From Gemmataceae bacterium (lineage in GTDB: Bacteria > Planctomycetota > Planctomycetia > Gemmatales > Gemmataceae): DNA of 64,000 nt. The notes beneath the pieces were generated by a model, which worked only from the letters and a program-made list of their open reading frames with translations, ran no database searches and had not been told where the DNA came from. Each line of letters opens with the position of its first letter. The stretch's first letter is position 1. This document shows positions 58,505-64,000 of the stretch, one piece after another. The stretch spans positions 935 through 64,934 of the forward strand of contig JAXMAU010000035.1 in NCBI GenBank assembly GCA_046350215.1. Reading direction: 5' to 3'. The position numbers and the translations under genes were made by a program.

Positions 58505-59823
58505 GCCGCCTGCCCCCGCGCCAGCCGCGGGCCGGAGGTGCCGCCGCTCCGGGCGGTAAGCAGGTGGACGGCGGCGGTCAGGCTGTGGACCGCCTCCTCG
58601 AACGCATTGGCGTCCGCCAGCGCCGCCAGGTTGGACTGCAACGTCGCCTGCAGGTTCGCGACCGTGCCGGTATCTTTCTGCAATTGCGCCAGCAGCTCCG
58701 CCTGCTGGCCGATCCGGTCGACCACCTTCTGCAGCGCCGCCTGCTGATCGATGCCGGTCTGCTGGATGGCGGCGCCCATGTCGGCGATCTGCGTCATCAG
58801 CCGCGTACTCTGTTCCACTGCCCGTTCTTCCAGCGCCGCCAGCCGCTGCGAGTAGGCGTCGATCGTCTGGTCGAGCGCCTGGCCGAGCGCCGTCGTCAGC
58901 TTCTCCTGAATCCGGTCGAGCAGGTCGACGGCGCGGGCCTCCGGCGCCTTGAGCGTGGCCGACCACACCTCCGCCTGCTTCACCAGGATCCCCTCGACGG
59001 CGGCGGCCAGCTCCTGCGCCCCGTGCTGGATCACGGCGGTCGCCCCGCCGCCGTTGCCGGCGTCACGAGCGAACCGATGGCCGAGCCATTGCTCGGTCAG
59101 CCGGTCGACCAGCTCCAGCAGCGCCTGTTCCTGCCGCTCCACCAGGAAGGTGACGAACATCAGCAGCATCGTCAGGCCGAGCGCCAGGGCGGTCGAGTCG
59201 AACGCCTCGGACAGCCCGTCAGTGACGCTCGACAGCGACTCCTCCAGCACCTCCGGCGTGACGCCCGAGATGGCGCCGGTGATGCCGATGACGGTGCCGA
59301 GGAAGCCGAGAATCGGGATCGCCCAGGTGATGAACCGCACCAGCGCGAAACTGTTCTCCTGGGCGATGGCGTCATTATCCGCCAGCGTCCGCAACTGATC
59401 GTCCAGGTCGGCGGCACTCTTCCGCTGGCAGACGAAGTCGAGCACTGCCCGTAGTCGCCGGCCGAGGTAGGTGTCCTGCACACGCGCCGGCTGCCGGTCG
59501 AGCGATGCCGCCAACTCGCTGGCCCGTTCCGCCGGCACCGGCTTGCCGTCCCAGCGCGGCAGGACCTCGTTGCCGCAGGCGCCGTGTTCGCCGCGTAGCT
59601 GGACGAACTTCAGGAACAGCGCGCCCAGCCCGCAGCAGAAGAACAGCACCTCCACCCACTGCACCGGGAACTCGACGTAGCGAAAGGCGACCGAGTTGCG
59701 CAGCGGCCCGTAGTGAAACAGGGCGAGGACTCCGCCGGCGAGGGCGGCGCCGAGCAGGAGCACGGTCAGGGTGGACCCGTGGCGCCGGGACGCGCCTGCG
59801 GGGGACGGGGAGAAGCTGCTCAT
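58501..59823 (-). CDS. MotA/TolQ/ExbB-family proton channel with ~180-aa C-terminal coiled-coil extension
   Basis: Intact 440-aa ORF. TM segments, the family signature ..FITWAIPILGFLGTVIGITGAI..SEAFDSTALALGLTMLLMF.., then a heptad-like helical tail. Confidence 0.8.
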   Translation of the reverse strand: MSSFSPSPAGASRRHGSTLTVLLLGAALAGGVLALFHYGPLRNSVAFRYVEFPVQWVEVLFFCCGLGALFLKFVQLRGEHGACGNEVLPRWDGKPVPAERASELAASLDRQPARVQDTYLGRRLRAVLDFVCQRKSAADLDDQLRTLADNDAIAQENSFALVRFITWAIPILGFLGTVIGITGAISGVTPEVLEESLSSVTDGLSEAFDSTALALGLTMLLMFVTFLVERQEQALLELVDRLTEQWLGHRFARDAGNGGGATAVIQHGAQELAAAVEGILVKQAEVWSATLKAPEARAVDLLDRIQEKLTTALGQALDQTIDAYSQRLAALEERAVEQSTRLMTQIADMGAAIQQTGIDQQAALQKVVDRIGQQAELLAQLQKDTGTVANLQATLQSNLAALADANAFEEAVHSLTAAVHLLTARSGGTSGPRLARGQAA

Positions 59824-60117
59824 CCGCGCGCTCCTGATGAAGTCGTTCCCGGCAGGCGGTCCGGGGACGGCGATGATACCTCTCCTCCTTCATCGGCACG
59901 TTGGGGGCCGAACTTGACGGTCGTGTCACCCCGAACGGATCTACCGCCCGTGCCGGAGTTGCCACCTTTACACCACCCCCGCCGTTCGCCGCGCCGAGCG
60001 GGGAAGCGCCGCGAGCCGGGCAATCTGCCGTAGGCGGGACGGTCGGGGTGTGTTACCTTCCGGGCGTCAGGGGGATCGAGGACGGAAGGCGACGACGCCC
60101 GATCACGGAGGAAGGGT

Positions 60118-63100
60118 ATGGTGCGGTGGTGGACGCTGGCGCTCGCGCTGCTGATGGCGGTGGGCGGAACGGCGCGTGGGCAGGCGTTCAAGCTGGCCCC
60201 GGCGGTGGCGATCGAGGCGGAGGAGTTCGCCATCGAGTCGGGCTGGACGGTGGTGAGGAACGGCGCCGGCAACTACATGGTCGATGCTATCGGCTTCAAC
60301 CACCTCTCCGGCGAACGGCTGCTCAGTTTGCCCGCTAGCGCCAACGCCGGCCGCGCCCGCCGCGAGGTCCGTGTCCCGGTCGCCGGCAAGTACCGCCTGT
60401 GGGTCCGCTACGAGTATCCGCCGTTCTGCGAGACGCGCTTCCGCGTCGTCATCGAGCAGAACGGCCGCAAGGTACTCGATCACGTCATGGGCACCCGTGA
60501 CAGTCTTCGTCACGCCTTTGGCGATCCGGTCGCGAAGGCGCAGCACGACCCGGCGTGGGGACCGGAAGGGCTGGTCGAGGAGGGCGTCACCGTGCCACAC
60601 CTGCAGGCCGGGCCGGCGACACTGGCGCTCGTTGGCGTGACGCAGCCACAGACGCCCGGCGTGGCGGCCAACCGCAACATCGACCTCGTCTATCTCACCG
60701 CCGACACCACCGACGCCTGGCGCAGCACTACGGCCGCACGACCAGCCTCTACCCGATCCTCGACGCCTTTCGCGACAGTCGCGCGGCCCGCTGGGAGGTG
60801 CGTTTTACCAACCGCTCGGATCGACCAGCGGACTACCGCGTCCATCACGTCTATAACCGCATCCCCTGGGGCACCAGCGATCCGGCCGAGGCGCGCGGCG
60901 TCAAGCCGAGCGAGCAAAGCGGCTGGCTCGGGCTGACCGGGCAGGACACGGCCCACTTCGGGATGACCGAGTTCCGCAGCATCGGCGCGTTCGACGTCGA
61001 GTTGCGTCCCGTCGGCGACGAGCGGCCCCTGCGCTCGCTGTCCGGGAGTGGCATCGTCCGCGTCTACCTGCCGCCGTATCGATCCAGCGAGCTGCCGACC
61101 ACGCCGGAGGCGGCGATCGACCACATCCTCAGCGAGCTGAAGCGCTTCCCGGCGCCGGGCAAGAAACCGACATTGCCCCTCTGCTACGGCGGATGGCTGC
61201 CGCTCGGTCAGGACAACGCCTATGGCCGCAAGTACGCCGAACTGTACGCCGCCCTCGGCTTTCGCTCGCTGCACCCGGCGCACAGCGGGCCGGCGGTGCG
61301 CAAGAACCTCGATGCCGTCGGCATCGCCCCGTCGAAGTCGTGGATGGTGATGGGCTATCGCAATCCGCCGACGCGGGCGAACATCGACCGCGCCGCCCGC
61401 GATGTCGACCGTACCGGCATGCGGCCGCACCTGCGCTTCTTCGACTACGGCGACGAGATCGCCTTCGCCGAGTGGCTGACCATGCAGGCGGAGGACGACC
61501 TGGCCCGCGCCAGAGCGGCCGGCAAGAAGGTTTCGAGTAGGGAGTTACTCGCTGCGAAGTGGGTGGAGTGGCTCAAAAGCAACCGGCCGAGGCAGCGGCT
61601 GGTCGATTACTGGCTGCCGTCGTGGGGGCCGTTCAATCTGGGGGCGGTGCGGCCCGACAGCAGCGCCGAGGCGGCGCGGCTCAACCCGCGGCTGTACGTC
61701 GACTCGCTGCAGTTCTACGAGGAGTCGGCCATCCGCTTCGCTGCCGACGGCGCGAAGGAGGTGCGCGCCACCCTCGGCGATGACGTGCTGTGCGGCGCCA
61801 ATTACTCGTGCCACCCGTTCTACTACCCGCACAGCACCATGTACATCAAGTGGTTTCGCGATGGCGCCGCCGATCTTGGCCGGCACAGCGAGTACTTCTG
61901 GCAGGTGGGCCAGCTCGGCCCGATGGTGAACGGCTACATCGCCGAACACATCCGCGCCGGCATGCGCGACAACCCCCGCGCCGTGCTGCGGCAGTACACC
62001 ATGCCGCACGCGCCAGGCAACACCGACGAGAGCTTCCTGCGCAGCGCGTTCAGCCACCTGGCACACGGAGCGACGATGCTCGACTTCTTCGGCATCGGGC
62101 TGAATGAGACGTTCACCGAAAACCACATCGACCACCGCGCCCGCGGCCGCTTCCGCGCCCTCCGCGACGTGACGCACGCCGTCGGGTTCGTCGAGGATCT
62201 GCTGCCGAAGGCCCGCGCGGTGCCGTCGCCGGTCGCCCTGCTGGTGAGCGCGAGCACCGAGCGCTGGGACCTGGCCGCCATCGCCACCGACCGCGCCGGC
62301 CATGCGTCGTTCGGCCCCGACTTCCGCAAGACGCGGTTGCACTTCCACCTCGATCGGCTCGGCATCTGGACGGCCCTGACCTACCTCGGCTGCAGCCCCG
62401 ACCTGGTGACGGAAGAGGACGTGATCGCCGGCAAGCTGCAAGGCTGCAAGCTGCTCGTCCTCGTTGGCGATCACTGGCCGCGGGAGCTGCCGGCGGCGGT
62501 CGAGAAGTGGGTCCGCGCCGGCGGCGTTGCGCTGGCCACCGCCGGCGCCGGGGCACGCGACCCCTACGGCGAGGAAACCGACGGATGGCGACGACTCGCC
62601 GGGCTGAAGGCGGTGCAGACGCAGGCGCGCGACACGTTCATCCGGCCGCGCCAGGAGTTGCCGTTCCTGACCCCGCTCGACACCGTGACCGGCAAGACGC
62701 CGAAAGGCGAGGCGTTCACGTTTCCGGCGCTGGCGACGCGCGAGCGATTGACCGTCGCCGAGGCCGAGACGCTGGCGACGGCGAAGAAGGATGGTGCGGC
62801 GGTGCTGTCGGCGCGGAAGGTGGGCCGCGGGACGGTGCTCCACCTGGCGGCGCATCCGGGCATCGCCTACCTGTACACCGCCGTCCAGCCGCCGGCGGTG
62901 CCGGACCGCGGGCCGGGGGTGCATCGCGTGCCGGCGAAGTACGACGCCGGAGTGACGACGCTGTTCCACGCGCTGCTCGACCAGGCAGGTATCGTCCGCC
63001 CGATTACCGCCTCGCACCCGCTGCTCGACGCTCGCCTGCTGGAAGCGCCGGGCGGCTACCTGCTGCCGGTGGCGAACTATGCGCCCGAGGTCGATCAGTC

Positions 63101-63254
63101 GGTGAAACTAAGTGTCCGCGTGGCGAAGCCGGTGGCGCGAGTGGTCAGCGCCTACCACGGCGAGCTGAAGCACACCACGGCGGAGGGCCAGGTGACGTTC
63201 ACGCTGCCATCGCTGGGGTACGGCGACGTCGTGCGGATGGAGTTGAGGCGGTAA
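60118..63254 (+). pseudogene. large secreted glycoside-hydrolase-like protein (possible GH42-type middle domain), single frameshift
   Basis: Signal peptide MVRWWTLALALLMAVGGTARG. Reads to ..DLVYLTADTTDAWR, then shifts near 60723 into ORF 60555-63254 (..QHYGRTTSLYPILDAF..). ..CKLLVLVGDHWPRELPAAVEKWVRAGGVALATAG.. resembles the GH42 trimerisation domain. The functional call is weak. Confidence 0.55.
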
Positions 63255-63305
63255 GCCCGAAGCGTCAGCGAGGGCTTCTTCGCGCCCTCGCTGACGCTTC
63301 GGGCT
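63254..63305. terminator. bidirectional hairpin terminator / REP element
   Basis: Perfect 22-bp stem AGCCCGAAGCGTCAGCGAGGGC / GCCCTCGCTGACGCTTCGGGCT with an 8-nt loop. It starts at the last base of the plus-gene stop and ends 6 nt before the minus-gene stop. Confidence 0.7.
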
Positions 63306-63310
63306 GGTGT

Positions 63311-64000
63311 TTACCCGCGCATCGCCAGCGCCTTGAAACGCCGCGCACAGTCGGTGATCGCCACCTCGGTCGGCAGCCGCTCGATGCTGGAGGCGCCGAA
63401 AAAGCCGACCACGCCGGTGGTGTGCGCCAGGATGTACGCAGCGTCCTCCGGCTCGGCGATTGGGCCGCCGTGACACAACACCAGCACCTGCGGGTTGACT
63501 TCCTTCGCCGCGTCCGCCATCGCCTGCACCCGCCGCGCCGATTCCTCCAGCGTCCGCGCCGTCTGGGCGCCGATTGTGCCCTTGGTCGTCAGCCCCATGT
63601 GCGGGATCAGCACGTCGGCGCCGGCCTTCGCCATCGCCACCGCCTCGGCCTCGTTGTGGACATACGGGCAGGTGAGCAGGTCCAGCTCGCGGGCGAGGGC
63701 GATCATCGCGACTTCCTTGTCGTAGCCCATGCCGGTTTCCTCTAGCCCCTGCCGGAAGGTGCCGTCGATCAGGCCGACCGTCGGAAAGTTCTGAACGCCC
63801 GAAAAGCCCGCCTGCTTCACCTCCTCCAGAAACCGGCGCATGACGCGGAACGGGTCGGTGCCGCACACCCCGGCGAGGACCGGCGTGTCCTGCACGATCG
63901 GCAGCACCTCGCGGGCCATCTCCATCACGATGGCGTTGGCGTCGCCGTAGGGCATCAGGCCGGCGAGCGAGCCGCGGCCGGCCATGCGGTAGCGGCCGGA
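63311..64000 (-). CDS. phosphoenolpyruvate-hydrolase-like TIM-barrel protein (N-terminus beyond the window)
   Basis: ..[68 protein letters not shown]... The ORF is open to the window edge. Confidence 0.7.
   Translation of the reverse strand, partial: SGRYRMAGRGSLAGLMPYGDANAIVMEMAREVLPIVQDTPVLAGVCGTDPFRVMRRFLEEVKQAGFSGVQNFPTVGLIDGTFRQGLEETGMGYDKEVAMIALARELDLLTCPYVHNEAEAVAMAKAGADVLIPHMGLTTKGTIGAQTARTLEESARRVQAMADAAKEVNPQVLVLCHGGPIAEPEDAAYILAHTTGVVGFFGASSIERLPTEVAITDCARRFKALAMRG

Noticed and set aside
55230-59823. Zorya-type anti-phage system (ZorA is MotA-like with a long tail).
   Set aside because: No ZorB-like peptidoglycan-binding partner and no ZorC/ZorD-like nuclease or helicase genes are present. 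The tail is far shorter than I recall for ZorA. The partner proteins look ExbD-like instead.
1-64000. tRNA, rRNA, tmRNA or riboswitch genes in the lower-GC intergenic islands (9740-9886, 23200-23520, 35795-35920, 36281-36520, 38141-38375, 50625-50866).
   Set aside because: By eye I could not fold any of these into a cloverleaf or match them to a riboswitch core I know. A covariance-model scan would be needed to exclude them properly.

Overview
Very GC-rich chromosomal segment. The gene content (DUF1501, DUF1570 and DUF1573 proteins, giant PQQ-propeller proteins, ThuA, a Ser/Thr kinase, Cys-rich exported proteins) points to Planctomycetota. I can support about 40 protein-coding loci and saw no rRNA, tRNA, CRISPR array, integrase or prophage. 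The housekeeping core is accB-accC, a FadB-like enzyme, a YdjM-like hydrolase, a 2-hydroxyacid dehydrogenase with an SDR, a YdiJ-like FAD/Fe-S oxidase and a PanE-like reductase. An envelope block holds a Wza-like exporter, an AsmA/TamB-like giant and a secreted Zn-metalloprotease. The dominant unexplained signal is a dozen or so discrete patches where good reading frames break down through small, deletion-biased indels while the flanking sequence stays clean. These are either real pseudogenisation or unpolished consensus sequence. Two patches sit at junctions made of a clean gene fragment, a transposase relic and a decayed gene copy (qor-like, pepP-like). Several interspersed palindromic repeat families are present. 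Best novelty candidates: (1) two adjacent monocistronic genes for secreted Cys/Ser/Tyr/Gly-rich mini-proteins resembling keratin-associated proteins; (2) a divergent ExbB/MotA-type channel with a coiled-coil tail, coupled to coiled-coil and Pro-rich ExbD-like partners; (3) an overlapping operon of a Ser/Thr kinase, a giant helical protein and a small protein; (4) an orphan, decayed Anbu proteasome homologue. All function calls rest on motif recognition by eye; no database search was run.
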